From contig JAFGCO010000063.1 in the NCBI GenBank assembly GCA_016932575.1, forward strand, positions 5,901 through 69,900: a stretch of DNA of 64,000 nucleotides, given 5' to 3'. The stretch is from a bacterium. Its GTDB lineage: Bacteria > Zhuqueibacterota > QNDG01 > JAFGCO01. Made by a program: the position numbers and the translations under genes. Shown here piece by piece: positions 20,919-30,927 of this stretch (the first letter of the stretch is position 1; each line of letters opens with the position of its first letter). Under the pieces are notes generated by a model, which saw only the letters and a program-made list of their open reading frames with translations, searched no databases and was not told the origin of the DNA.

Positions 20919-21530
20919 ATGACGCAATATTTTAAAATACACAATATCACTCCTCAGAATCGGCTAATTGAAAAAGCTGTGGATATTGTGCGTAACGGTG
21001 GTGTGATTGTATATCCAACAGATTCCACATATGCTTTAGGCTGTCATATGGAAGACAAGACTGCTTTACATCGCATCATCCGGATTCGCCATCTTGATGC
21101 AAAACATCATTTTACTCTGGTTTGCCGGGATTTATCTGAATTGTCAACATATGCCAGATTTGATACACCGGCGTATCGGTTTTTAAAATTTCATACACCG
21201 GGGCCCTATACGTTTATCCTTCCTGCAACCAGAGAAGTGCCAAGGCGATTGCTTCATCCCAAACAGAAAACCGTTGGCCTCAGGGTGCCTGATCATCCCA
21301 TTACTCATGCGCTGCTGGAATGTCTTAATGAACCCATGATGACTACCACACTGCTTCTTCCGGGAGAAGAGTATCCATTGAATGACGGAGAAATGATTCG
21401 GGACCGTTTGTTTCTGCAAGTTGATTTGGTGATTGACGGAGGGGCGTGCGGTACAGTACCGACAACACTTGTGGATCTTACAGGAGAAACTCCAATTCTG
21501 TTACGGGTAGGTAAGGGGGAGTTGGGATAA
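20919..21530 (+). CDS. yciO: Sua5/YciO/YrdC family protein (YciO-like)
   Basis: VYPTDSTYALGC, TPGPYTFIL, VGLRVPD, LRVGKG. Confidence 0.85.
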   Translation: MTQYFKIHNITPQNRLIEKAVDIVRNGGVIVYPTDSTYALGCHMEDKTALHRIIRIRHLDAKHHFTLVCRDLSELSTYARFDTPAYRFLKFHTPGPYTFILPATREVPRRLLHPKQKTVGLRVPDHPITHALLECLNEPMMTTTLLLPGEEYPLNDGEMIRDRLFLQVDLVIDGGACGTVPTTLVDLTGETPILLRVGKGELG

Positions 21531-21540
21531 AGGACCAGGA

Positions 21541-21690
21541 ATCGGAATTGAAGAATTGATATTGGTATTGGGGAAAGATGGTAATAGGGTAATTGGGTAA
21601 TAGAGTAATTGGATAATTGGGTAACAATATATTGAATAAGTCGTTGTGTCATTGAGTCTTAGAGTCAAAAGTGGAAGAGTAGACAAATAA
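21541..21690. repeat. Degenerate 7-8-nt tandem repeats
   Basis: ggtaatag-ggtaattg-ggtaatag-agtaattg-gataattg-ggtaac. Confidence 0.65.
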
Positions 21691-21763
21691 TCATAGAAAA
21701 AATTAATTCCTCATTTAAAGTAAATCAGCGGGATGTTGTTAACAATATTAAAGGATTGATTTT

Positions 21764-23173
21764 ATGAGACAGATTCTTGTCTGTTCGGCGATGAATCGTG
21801 CCATTCAGATGATTCGTGACAGTTTTAAAAAGCCGGACCGTGTGACGGCATTGAATGATTTTAAGGTGTGCCATGAAGCGTTAAATGAAAAAAGATACGA
21901 CTTTTTGTTTATTGATGCCGGATTTTTCTCTCCAGCAGAAAATATCAAAGGATATCAGGAACAGCTGAATCCCTTTTGGGAAAAAAATCCAACACTGGAA
22001 ATTGTTATTTTAACAACCAAGGAAACCATACGCCGTACTGTTCATCTTGTGAAAGCCGGTGCAAGCGATTACCTGACATTTCCTCTTGATCCTGTGGAAA
22101 TCCATTACGTCATGGATTCCATTTCACAAGATCTGCAAATTTACTCGGAAATCAAGTACCTCAGGGATCAGTTCTGGCACCGGGATTCTTACGCAATTCT
22201 GAAAACGAAAAATTCAAAAATGCAGGATGTTTTTGAGAAAGTAAGGGCTGTGGCACCTACTGAAAGCACAGTGCTTTTGCTGGGAGAAACCGGAACAGGA
22301 AAGGGCGTGATTGCAAACCTTATTCATCGGCACAGTCCACGCAGTGATAAGCAATTTATCCAGATTCATTGCGGTGCAATTTCAGATTCTATTTTGGAAA
22401 GCGAAATGTTTGGTCATGAGAAGGGTGCATTTACCGGAGCGACTCGTAGAAAACTGGGAAAGTTTGAAATAGCCAATGGGGGAACACTGTTTCTTGATGA
22501 AATCGGTACCATCTCTCCTAATATGCAGGTAAATTTGCTTCATGTATTGCAGGAACGGTCTTTTCAGCGCGTTGGCGGTGAATTGGATATCCATGTCAAT
22601 GTCCGCCTGATTGCTGCCACCAATTCTAATTTATATCAGTTGTCTCAGGAGGGACAGTTCCGTCAGGATCTGTATTTCAGGTTGAATGTCTTTCCGATCA
22701 TGATTCCGCCTCTTCGTGAGCGCAAGGAAGATATCCCTATTCTGGTTCGGACATTTTTGGATACCCTGAATCAGGCTTCTGCGAAAAAAGTAAGAGAGTG
22801 TGATCCGGCTGTATTCGAGGCCTTGCATAATTATAACTGGCCGGGTAATATTCGTGAACTTGAAAATGTGATTGAACGGGCTTTTGTTCTTGCCGAAAAA
22901 GATCATTTAACCGTAGAGTGCCTTCCTGCAGAACTGGCTATGGTTTCTGATCCAAATTCTGTTTTTTCCTTCCAGAATTCAGATACTTTGGAAAGTGCAA
23001 GAAACCGTGCTGTGCAACTGGTTGAGAAAGCTTATCTTACCGAGTTACTCACACGGTACCATGGGCGAATTAACCGATCTGCGTCCGCAGCCGGCATTGG
23101 CGTTCGGCAGCTTCATAAACTCATGACAAAGTATGGACTCGATAAATCTCAATTTAAAGAAATTCATTTTTAA
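21764..23173 (+). CDS. Sigma54-dependent activator (NtrC-like) with atypical receiver domain
   Basis: GETGTGK, ESEMFGHEKGAFTGA, LFLDEI, WPGNIREL, C-terminal HTH. Confidence 0.93.
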   Translation: MRQILVCSAMNRAIQMIRDSFKKPDRVTALNDFKVCHEALNEKRYDFLFIDAGFFSPAENIKGYQEQLNPFWEKNPTLEIVILTTKETIRRTVHLVKAGASDYLTFPLDPVEIHYVMDSISQDLQIYSEIKYLRDQFWHRDSYAILKTKNSKMQDVFEKVRAVAPTESTVLLLGETGTGKGVIANLIHRHSPRSDKQFIQIHCGAISDSILESEMFGHEKGAFTGATRRKLGKFEIANGGTLFLDEIGTISPNMQVNLLHVLQERSFQRVGGELDIHVNVRLIAATNSNLYQLSQEGQFRQDLYFRLNVFPIMIPPLRERKEDIPILVRTFLDTLNQASAKKVRECDPAVFEALHNYNWPGNIRELENVIERAFVLAEKDHLTVECLPAELAMVSDPNSVFSFQNSDTLESARNRAVQLVEKAYLTELLTRYHGRINRSASAAGIGVRQLHKLMTKYGLDKSQFKEIHF

Positions 23174-23183
23174 TCCATAATTC

Positions 23184-23386
23184 GGAACTAAAAGTTCCTG
23201 TTTAATAACAATCGGTCCTGCAAATTCCTTTTTTTTATTTCACATCATTTGATAATCTTATAATATCATAAATAACAAATAATTAAAACTATATCCATTT
23301 GTTAAATTTAAACAATTGTCCCCATATTTGAACTCAATATATATCAAGATTTTTCTTCCGTATTGAAATTCGGGCTTCAGAGTTCC
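23184..23386 (+). promoter_or_regulatory. Three candidate enhancer sites, GGAACT-N3-AGTTCC
   Basis: 23184-23198 ggaact-aaa-agttcc (perfect palindrome); 23214-23228 ggtcct-gca-aattcc; 23372-23386 gggctt-cag-agttcc. Each is preceded by 'tc'. Confidence 0.6.
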
Positions 23387-23444
23387 GGTCTGCGATTTTT
23401 TTATCAAGCGATATAATATCATTAAAATTAAGCAATTAAGATAT

Positions 23445-23460
23445 TTGGCATTTCTTTTGC
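23445..23460 (+). promoter_or_regulatory. Sigma54 -24/-12 promoter
   Basis: tTGGCAtttctTTTGC with GG-N10-GC spacing, just downstream of the activator gene. Confidence 0.8.
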
Positions 23461-23483
23461 CTTGATGTTTCTGTGAATCAATT

Positions 23484-23852
23484 ATGCACGGAAACGGAAT
23501 GTCAAAAGCCAAAGAGATTGTCCGTCTGACAGGTGTCATTACAGTCACGGAAAGTGATCGTAAAGGAAAACCTCTTGAGATTGGGATTGAGACCGATGAT
23601 TTTTTGACTTATGTGATCACCTGTAAGAGAAAAGGCCGGGAGCTGTTTAAACACATCTCAAAAAGAGTCTCGATCACCTGTAAGATTGAAGGTAAAAATT
23701 ATTTTGGAAACGCGCTGATTTCGGTTATCGACTATTTACTTTTAAAAGAAGGCAATTCTTCGGTATATCGAATGAATATCCAGGACAATCATATTAAAAA
23801 TCAAATAGAAAACAAAAAGGAGATGGATCATGAGAGAAAGAAACGCGTTTGA
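23484..23852 (+). CDS. Hypothetical small beta-rich (possibly OB-fold-like) protein
   Basis: First ORF after the sigma54 promoter; the start may be ATG 23499. Confidence 0.6.
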   Translation: MHGNGMSKAKEIVRLTGVITVTESDRKGKPLEIGIETDDFLTYVITCKRKGRELFKHISKRVSITCKIEGKNYFGNALISVIDYLLLKEGNSSVYRMNIQDNHIKNQIENKKEMDHERKKRV

Positions 23853-23988
23853 TGAAGATGAGGATTGGAATTCATCAAAGAGAAAAAAAAAGAATGTGCG
23901 GGATGACTGGGATGATAAGCATTGGGAAGAGGATGAATACGATCAGGAAGAGGATGATGAATGGGAAGACGCGCAGGAAGATTTTTAG
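23830..23988 (+). CDS. 52-aa Asp/Glu/Trp-rich peptide, absent from the ORF track
   Basis: RBS aaggag at 23817-23822; MRERNAFDEDEDWNSSKRKKKNVRDDWDDKHWEEDEYDQEEDDEWEDAQEDF, TAG at 23986. Confidence 0.7.
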   Translation: MRERNAFDEDEDWNSSKRKKKNVRDDWDDKHWEEDEYDQEEDDEWEDAQEDF

Positions 23989-24137
23989 TTTATCGCGGTG
24001 GGGGTTTTGAAATTCGCTGTATTTTCACCCATCCGGTATCAATGTAAAAAATATTATTGAATAATGATATTCTTTATTTTAATAGCGGGATATCAATAGA
24101 AAACACCTGATTGTTCAATGAAACACAGGAGAATTTG

Positions 24138-25208
24138 ATGAAAATCGCAGTGGCTTACAGCAGTAAAAAGGGCCTTATTCAGGAATACCGTAAACGAAAA
24201 CAAATTCAAAAAATACCCGGCGATGAATATTTTGCCGAAGGGGATTCCATTAAAACGATTCAGGCTGTGATAGAAACCCTTTTAAAGATGGGCCATCAGG
24301 CTGTGGGCATTGAGGCGGATAATAATGCTTTTCAGAAATTGTCTGCAGAAGAACCGGATCTTGTTCTGAATATATCTGAAGGATTGACCGGAGATTTTCG
24401 CGAGTCTTATATTCCAATGCTCTGCGAACGTCTGAATTTGCCTTATACCGGTTCGGATCCGCTGACACTTGGTTTATGTCTGAATAAAATGCGAACCAAG
24501 GAGATCCTGGGATTCTATCAAATCCCTACGCCTGCCTTTCAGGTGTTTTATTCTGATAATGCTATGGCAACAGAACATCTTATTTATCCGGTCATTGTCA
24601 AGCCCATTGCAGAGGGCAGCAGTAAAGGAATAAACAATCGATCCGTGGTGAATGATCCGACTGCAGCCAAGTCCGTCATTGCAGAAAAATTATTGAAGTA
24701 TGAACAGCCGGTGATCGTTGAATCCTTTTTGACAGGAGCCGAGTTTACAGTGGCACTTTGGGGCAACGGTGAAGAAGTTGAAGCCCTGCCCATTGTGGAA
24801 ATCTGTTTTGAGGAATTACCCGAAGGCGCCTGGCCCATGTATTCCTATGAAGCCAAATGGGTCTGGGATTCACCTGACAAGCCGCTTCAAATTTTTCAGT
24901 GTCCGGCAAAAATTGATGCGAAATTAAATCAGGAAATTGTCTCAGTAGCCAAACGCGCTTATTATATTTTGGGCATTCGGGACTGGTGTCGCATTGATAT
25001 CCGGCTCGACCAGGAAGGGGTTCCCAATATTCTCGAATTGAATCCATTGCCAGGCATTCTGCCGGACCCGAAAGAAAATTCCTGTTTTCCCAAATCTGCC
25101 CGAACTGCCGGATATTCGTATTCGGACATGATCGGGCGGCTCATTTCTATTGCCTGCCGACGTGTCGGCTTGATTGAGAATATCAATGCGCCTGTTTATC
25201 GTTCATAG
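24138..25208 (+). CDS. D-Ala-D-Ala ligase-like ATP-grasp enzyme 1
   Basis: PYTGSDP, VKPIAEGSSKG, YSYEAKW, RIDIR, LELNPLPG; non-canonical N-terminus. Confidence 0.88.
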   Translation: MKIAVAYSSKKGLIQEYRKRKQIQKIPGDEYFAEGDSIKTIQAVIETLLKMGHQAVGIEADNNAFQKLSAEEPDLVLNISEGLTGDFRESYIPMLCERLNLPYTGSDPLTLGLCLNKMRTKEILGFYQIPTPAFQVFYSDNAMATEHLIYPVIVKPIAEGSSKGINNRSVVNDPTAAKSVIAEKLLKYEQPVIVESFLTGAEFTVALWGNGEEVEALPIVEICFEELPEGAWPMYSYEAKWVWDSPDKPLQIFQCPAKIDAKLNQEIVSVAKRAYYILGIRDWCRIDIRLDQEGVPNILELNPLPGILPDPKENSCFPKSARTAGYSYSDMIGRLISIACRRVGLIENINAPVYRS

Positions 25209-26184
25209 TGCCCCGGAGGAATCCGGGACGGATGACGATCCCGACTTGATATCCTCGGTTGCGATTCTTGACCAGGCAAGGGCGGTTCATCAGGCTGCGA
25301 TTGAATTGGGTTATCAGTCCCGCTGTTATCCCGTCATTGAAATCACTGAAACCATCCATGACATTATTCATGCAAAACCGGATGTAATATTCAACCTCTG
25401 TGAAGAGTATCAGGGGAGGACCCGTTATGAGTTGAACATCGCCTCTCTGTGGGAACTTATAGGGATTCCTTATACGGGTAATCCTCCACTGACATTGGGA
25501 CTTGCCCAGGATAAAGTGATGACAAAACGTCTGCTCCAGGGCAAAAACATCCGGACTCCCGCCTATCAGGTTTTTAAATCTGTCCCTGAAAATGTAATGC
25601 TCGAGTTTCCTCTGATCGCCAAGCCATCCTGCGAAGATGCCAGCCTGGGGATCATCAGTACACGCGCAGTCAGTTATTCACTTTCTGAATTAAAGAAAAA
25701 TGTGGAAATTCTGCTCGAAAAATACCGTCAACCGATTCTGGTAGAACGGTATATTTCGGGACGTGAATTCAACATCAGTGTTTTTGGAATGCCGCCCAAA
25801 GTCCTGGCAGTCTCGGAGCTTGATTTTTCTGAACTTTCTGACACAGAAGCAAAAATCGCCAGTTATGAAGCGAAATGGATGCCGGATCATCCTGCTTATC
25901 AAAAAACACCGGTTCACTGTCCTGCTGATATTCCTGATGAGCTCAGAATCAAAATTGAAGATGTTGCTACTCAGGTTTTTACTTTACTGGGGGGGCGGGA
26001 TTACGGACGGGTGGATATGCGGATGGATCTGCAAGGAAGACTGTATGTGCTCGAATTTAATCCAAATCCGGACATATCACCGGATGCAGGATTCATCAAA
26101 GCGGTCCGGGCATCGGGATTATCCTATTCTGATTTTGTCGAAGAACTGATCCAGGTTGCTTTTCTCAGGGAGAAAAATGATTAG
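25186..26184 (+). CDS. D-Ala-D-Ala ligase-like ATP-grasp enzyme 2
   Basis: PYTGNPP, AKPSCEDASLG, SYEAKW, RVDMR, LEFNPNPD. Confidence 0.88.
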   Translation: MRLFIVHSAPEESGTDDDPDLISSVAILDQARAVHQAAIELGYQSRCYPVIEITETIHDIIHAKPDVIFNLCEEYQGRTRYELNIASLWELIGIPYTGNPPLTLGLAQDKVMTKRLLQGKNIRTPAYQVFKSVPENVMLEFPLIAKPSCEDASLGIISTRAVSYSLSELKKNVEILLEKYRQPILVERYISGREFNISVFGMPPKVLAVSELDFSELSDTEAKIASYEAKWMPDHPAYQKTPVHCPADIPDELRIKIEDVATQVFTLLGGRDYGRVDMRMDLQGRLYVLEFNPNPDISPDAGFIKAVRASGLSYSDFVEELIQVAFLREKND

Positions 26185-26662
26185 ATTACGGGACATACGG
26201 CCTGAAGACCGATTGCTGATTAAGCAGATGCTGAAATCCACCCGGCATTTTACGGGGACTGAAATAGAGACTGCACTTGAATTGGTTGATGCTTTTATTC
26301 AAAAGACAGATCTTAGCTATCAGTTCATTGTTGCTGAAAACACGGGAGGTGACTTTGTCGGATATGGATGCTGGGGTCAGGCGCCATTTACTTACGGAAC
26401 GTATAATATTTACTGGATAGCGGTTTCACCCGAAAGCCAGAAGAAAGGTGTGGGCAGCAAAATTCTATCTTACATGGAAACTCAAATTATGAATGCACAC
26501 GGGAGATTAATTTTAATCGAAACCTCTTCAAGTAAAGCGTACCGGGATGCCCGTGCTTTTTATGAAAAGAAGGGATATACAATGGAATCCCGGATTAGAG
26601 ATTTTTACAAGCCGAAAGACGACCGGTATATTTATGTTAAACGATTCGACGTTTTCTACTAG
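26177..26662 (+). CDS. GNAT N-acetyltransferase
   Basis: YWIAVSPESQKKGVG motif A; ARAFYEKKGY. Confidence 0.9.
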   Translation: MIRLRDIRPEDRLLIKQMLKSTRHFTGTEIETALELVDAFIQKTDLSYQFIVAENTGGDFVGYGCWGQAPFTYGTYNIYWIAVSPESQKKGVGSKILSYMETQIMNAHGRLILIETSSSKAYRDARAFYEKKGYTMESRIRDFYKPKDDRYIYVKRFDVFY

Positions 26663-26674
26663 GAGAATTAATCC

Positions 26675-27772
26675 ATGGAATCATGGCAATTGCAATTACG
26701 TCGTAGTCTTACTGAAGTAAAAGATCTTCCGGATCATTTCAATATGTCTGTGGAAGATTTGTTTGGTGTGACGCAGGTGTTCAGTATGAAAATTACACCC
26801 TATTATCTTTCTCTGATTCAAACTGTCGGAGATCCGCTGTTCAAGCAGGTGGTTCCGGATTGCCGCGAACTTGAGAATCATGGTCTGTATACGGATCCTT
26901 TATCAGAGGACCGAGATTCACCTGTTGCGAATATTGTCCATCGATATCCGGACCGATGTCTGTTTTTAATTTCCGCAGAATGTGCCAGTTACTGCAGGTT
27001 TTGTACGCGTAAGCGTAAGGTCGGGGATTCGAAAAAAATTAATCGGAATCTGATTCATGAAGGGATTCGTTACATTCGTGATCATTCGGAAATTCGAGAC
27101 GTGATTCTATCCGGAGGAGATCCGCTGATATTGTCGGATCAGCGGCTGGAAAGCATTCTGCGGGAAATTCGGGCGATTCCTCATGTGGAAATCATCCGTA
27201 TCGGATCGCGAGTCCCCTGTTTTCTGCCGCATCGCATCACGCCTGAAATGACGCAGATGCTGCGAAAGTACCATCCGTTATATATGAATGTGCACTTTAA
27301 TCATCCGGCTGAGCTCACTCCGTTGGCAATAGAAGCCCTGGGACGTCTGGCCGATGCGGGTATTCCCCTGGGCAATCAGACAGTTCTTTTAAAGGGTGTG
27401 AATGATAATCCTCAGGTCATGCGGCTTTTGATGCAGAAACTGCTCATGGCACGGGTACGTCCTTATTATATTTACCAGGCGGATATGGTGTTCGGCACTG
27501 AACATTTCAGAACCACAATCCGTAAAGGCCTTGATATTGTACGCGCACTGCGAGGATGGACGTCCGGGCTGGCTGTGCCTCATTATGTCATCGACGCACC
27601 GGGCGGAGGCGGAAAAATTCCTTTATTACCGGAATATGTCAAGAAAATAACGGATGATTCTGTGGTTCTTCGCAATTATCGTGGTAAAACATATGTTTAT
27701 AAGCAAACCGGGGATGTCTCTCAGCATCAGTTGTTGAATGAGGATGCTTGTTTTTTAAAAAGGGAGCAATAA
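26675..27772 (+). CDS. kamA: Lysine 2,3-aminomutase family radical SAM enzyme
   Basis: CASYCRFC, SGGDPL, YYIYQAD, IDAPGGGGKIP (PLP lysine). Confidence 0.9.
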   Translation: MESWQLQLRRSLTEVKDLPDHFNMSVEDLFGVTQVFSMKITPYYLSLIQTVGDPLFKQVVPDCRELENHGLYTDPLSEDRDSPVANIVHRYPDRCLFLISAECASYCRFCTRKRKVGDSKKINRNLIHEGIRYIRDHSEIRDVILSGGDPLILSDQRLESILREIRAIPHVEIIRIGSRVPCFLPHRITPEMTQMLRKYHPLYMNVHFNHPAELTPLAIEALGRLADAGIPLGNQTVLLKGVNDNPQVMRLLMQKLLMARVRPYYIYQADMVFGTEHFRTTIRKGLDIVRALRGWTSGLAVPHYVIDAPGGGGKIPLLPEYVKKITDDSVVLRNYRGKTYVYKQTGDVSQHQLLNEDACFLKREQ

Positions 27773-27967
27773 TAAATAGGCGGGTATTTCCATGTCTCTG
27801 GTTCTTTCAATATATATACAAAGAATCAATGATTTAAAGTTCGATGTTTTTACTTTTTTCTTGATTGTTGATTCAGGATTTTTTTATTTGACATTTCTCT
27901 GCATCTTACCGGTTAACCAAAGCACTTTTTTTAATTTTAATTCAATGATTTAACCGATTGTCATCCT

Positions 27968-29713
27968 ATGTTTCGAATCCGACGTATATACGATGATGCA
28001 TTGCCGGTGAACCGGGCCGCGATCAGTCAGGTTCAGGAGATCCTGAGAATTCAATTTCCATTGGTGAGTGAAAAAGAAGTTCGTCTATTGCCGGACAAAT
28101 TGCGGAATCCAATGAAACACGGATTTCGTGCAGTGCTTCTGGTCGCTGAGGATGGTCGGGGACGAGTCAAAGGATTTGCACTTCTTTATCATGAGCCTAT
28201 TCTCAGGTTTTGTTATCTTGATTATATTTCCTCGACCAGAAAACTGACAGGACACGGTATTGGCGGCGCATTATATGAACGGATTCGCCAGGAAGCCGCG
28301 TCTCTGGGTACGATAGGCCTTTTTTTTGAATGCCTGCCCGATGATCCCAGATTATGCGGGGATCCTGAGATATGCAGGCAGAATCGGGCACGTCTGAAAT
28401 TCTATGAACGATACGGAGCATATCCAATCGTTGGAACAAAGTATGAAACGCCGGTTCAGCCAGGTGATGATAATCCGCCCTATCTGATATATGATGCTTC
28501 AGGATACGGCAAACCCTTAAGAAAGCGGCATATCAGGCAAATTGTCCGCGCCATATTGGAACGTAAATATCATGATATTTGTCCCGTATCCTATATCGAT
28601 ATGGTCGTTAATTCGTTTCAGGATGATCCGGTTCGGATGAGGGAACCACGATATATTCGGATTCTGATGCCTTTGCCGGTGAAGGCAGAAATCACAGATG
28701 ACCGGAAGATATTACTTATCATAAGCGATGTTCATGAAAATCATTATATTCATGAGCGTGGATATGTGGAAGCACCGGTCCGTATAGGGGCGATTTTAAA
28801 GGGTATTGAATCCTCAGGATTATTTAAACAACAAAGAGCAGGACATTTCTCTGAATTTCATATTCGGGCGGTGCATCATCCGGGTTTTGTGGAATATCTG
28901 CGCCGGGTATGCCGTCATATTGAATCCGGGCAATCTGTATATCCGTATGTCTTTCCTTTGCGCAATCAGACCCGTCCGCCTGTGGATTTGCCGATTCGTG
29001 CGGGGTACTATTGCATGGATACATTCACTCCGATTCATAAGGATGCATTCCGCGTAGCCAAACGTGCTGTGGACTGCGCATTAACCGGGGCAAGGGCGCT
29101 TCTGGAAGGTTATCAGATTGCTTATGCTCTGGTACGCCCCCCCGGGCATCATGCGGAAAAAGCCGCATTTGGCGGATTCTGTTATTTTAATTCAAATGCG
29201 GTCGCTGCCAATTATCTCAGTGCGCATGGCAGAGTGGCTATTCTGGATATCGATTACCATCATGGCAACGGCCAGGAGGATATTTTTTATGAGCGTGCAG
29301 ATGTGCTTACTGTGTCCATTCACGGAAATCCGAAATTCGCGTTTCCTTATTTTACAGGATTCAGGGATTCCAGGGGGCTGGGATACGGAGATAAATTCAA
29401 TGTCAATTTTCCGCTTCCGGAAATAGTGGACGGTCAGGTATATCGAATCACTCTCGAAAAGGCCCTGCGAAGCGTGAGGCGATATAAGCCCGCTTTTCTT
29501 ATCATTGCTTTGGGGCTGGATACCAGTCAAGGGGATCCGACCGGCTCATGGTCGTTAAAAACATCAGATTTTGAGAAAAACGGAAAAATGATTGGCGACA
29601 TGAAGCTTCCGGTTCTTGTGGTCCAGGAAGGCGGATACAACACAAGGAAGCTTGGTGCGAATGCACGCGCGTTTTTTACCGGTCTCTGGAAAGGGATTTA
29701 CGGTTTTACCTGA
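27968..29713 (+). CDS. GNAT-like domain fused to HDAC/acetylpolyamine amidohydrolase domain
   Basis: N-terminal YLDYI...GHGIGGALY...FYERYG; C-terminal RPPGHHA, GGFCYFN, DIDYHHGNG, QEGGY. Confidence 0.9.
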   Translation: MFRIRRIYDDALPVNRAAISQVQEILRIQFPLVSEKEVRLLPDKLRNPMKHGFRAVLLVAEDGRGRVKGFALLYHEPILRFCYLDYISSTRKLTGHGIGGALYERIRQEAASLGTIGLFFECLPDDPRLCGDPEICRQNRARLKFYERYGAYPIVGTKYETPVQPGDDNPPYLIYDASGYGKPLRKRHIRQIVRAILERKYHDICPVSYIDMVVNSFQDDPVRMREPRYIRILMPLPVKAEITDDRKILLIISDVHENHYIHERGYVEAPVRIGAILKGIESSGLFKQQRAGHFSEFHIRAVHHPGFVEYLRRVCRHIESGQSVYPYVFPLRNQTRPPVDLPIRAGYYCMDTFTPIHKDAFRVAKRAVDCALTGARALLEGYQIAYALVRPPGHHAEKAAFGGFCYFNSNAVAANYLSAHGRVAILDIDYHHGNGQEDIFYERADVLTVSIHGNPKFAFPYFTGFRDSRGLGYGDKFNVNFPLPEIVDGQVYRITLEKALRSVRRYKPAFLIIALGLDTSQGDPTGSWSLKTSDFEKNGKMIGDMKLPVLVVQEGGYNTRKLGANARAFFTGLWKGIYGFT

Positions 29714-30649
29714 ATGAAATCAGAGACTGACAAGAAAATCCTGATTGCCGCAGATTGGGAATATGACACGGATTTTATCAGTTTTCTGGATGCATCTCTC
29801 CATGAATATTGTGTTCATTCGGCGGTTGTACGTGCAGACAATTTAACTTCAGTGATACGTGATATTCAATCCGGACAACTGAAGGTCCTGGCGCTGATTG
29901 ATCGTGCTTCTGATACGAATTCTGCATTTATTCAGCTTCAATCGCTTCTGCATGAAAATGGAGTTCCGATTATTGATCCTGTCGAACAGGTTCACTGGGT
30001 ATCGGACAAAGCGACAATGCATCTCGAATTCCTGGCTGCGGATATTCCCACACCGTATACATTGATCTTGCCTCCGTATGAGGAAAAGAACACACCTGCA
30101 TTGCATGTGGATGATCTGGCAATTCTTGGCCGGCCATTTGTGATTAAGCCGGCCAATACGACCGGAGGGGGGATTGGTGTGGTGGATGGTGCGGAATCCC
30201 TTCAGGAAGTTTTGCATGCGAGAACTGAATTCAGGTCGGATAAATATCTTATTCAGGAAAAGATAATACCAATTGAAAAAGAAGGGTATCGATTCTGGTT
30301 CCGGTCTTTTTATGCGGGAGGGCAAATTTTCTCAGCCTGGTGGCACGATGAAACGCACAGGTATATGGTGATTGATCATATGCTTATCGAACCGTTCGGA
30401 TTACATGCGATCTCACGAATTATGCGAAAAATTGCCAGGGTGGCAATGCTGACTCTTTTTTCAAGTGAGTTGGTCTGCTGTGCAGATGGCCGATGGGTTG
30501 TGGTTGATTATGTCAATGAATCCTGTGATATGCGTATTCAGTCAAAACATTGGGATGGTGTGCCGGACAACCTCGTAAAACAGATTGCTGCGGCAATTGC
30601 AAAACATGTGGTCTGTGTTTCACGGTCCAAGATTGATACACTTTCGTGA
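29714..30649 (+). CDS. Divergent ATP-grasp fold protein
   Basis: SDKATMH, IPTPYT, PFVIKPANTTGGGIGV, LIQEKI, VDYVNE. Confidence 0.75.
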   Translation: MKSETDKKILIAADWEYDTDFISFLDASLHEYCVHSAVVRADNLTSVIRDIQSGQLKVLALIDRASDTNSAFIQLQSLLHENGVPIIDPVEQVHWVSDKATMHLEFLAADIPTPYTLILPPYEEKNTPALHVDDLAILGRPFVIKPANTTGGGIGVVDGAESLQEVLHARTEFRSDKYLIQEKIIPIEKEGYRFWFRSFYAGGQIFSAWWHDETHRYMVIDHMLIEPFGLHAISRIMRKIARVAMLTLFSSELVCCADGRWVVVDYVNESCDMRIQSKHWDGVPDNLVKQIAAAIAKHVVCVSRSKIDTLS

Positions 30650-30713
30650 AAACGGCATGGGTGGATTATTATAATATTTTCTCTAACTTTTTTTGAATTA
30701 AAAACGGAGGTGC

Positions 30714-30920
30714 ATGATGAGTAAGATTAAAATCATTCTCATTTCGGTGATTGTTATTTTATCACTGATCATTATTCTGCAAAATATGAAGGCAGTTGAG
30801 ACAAAAATACTGTTTTTCACAATCATCATGCCGAGGATTGTGTTTTTGCTTTTCATGATGGGGGTCGGCTTTATTTTGGGAATTATTTATATGAAGAAGA
30901 AAGGGCAGATAACTGAATAA
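30714..30920 (+). CDS. Small membrane protein, LapA/DUF1049-like
   Basis: IIILQN...V...LF...MP between two hydrophobic helices. Confidence 0.7.
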   Translation: MMSKIKIILISVIVILSLIIILQNMKAVETKILFFTIIMPRIVFLLFMMGVGFILGIIYMKKKGQITE

Positions 30921-30927
30921 TACTGTA

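Noticed and set aside
24138-26184. Vancomycin-resistance ligases (with the VanZ-family gene at 52128)
   Set aside because: No vanH/X/RS genes, the context is KamA/GNAT, and the VanZ-family gene is distant and common.
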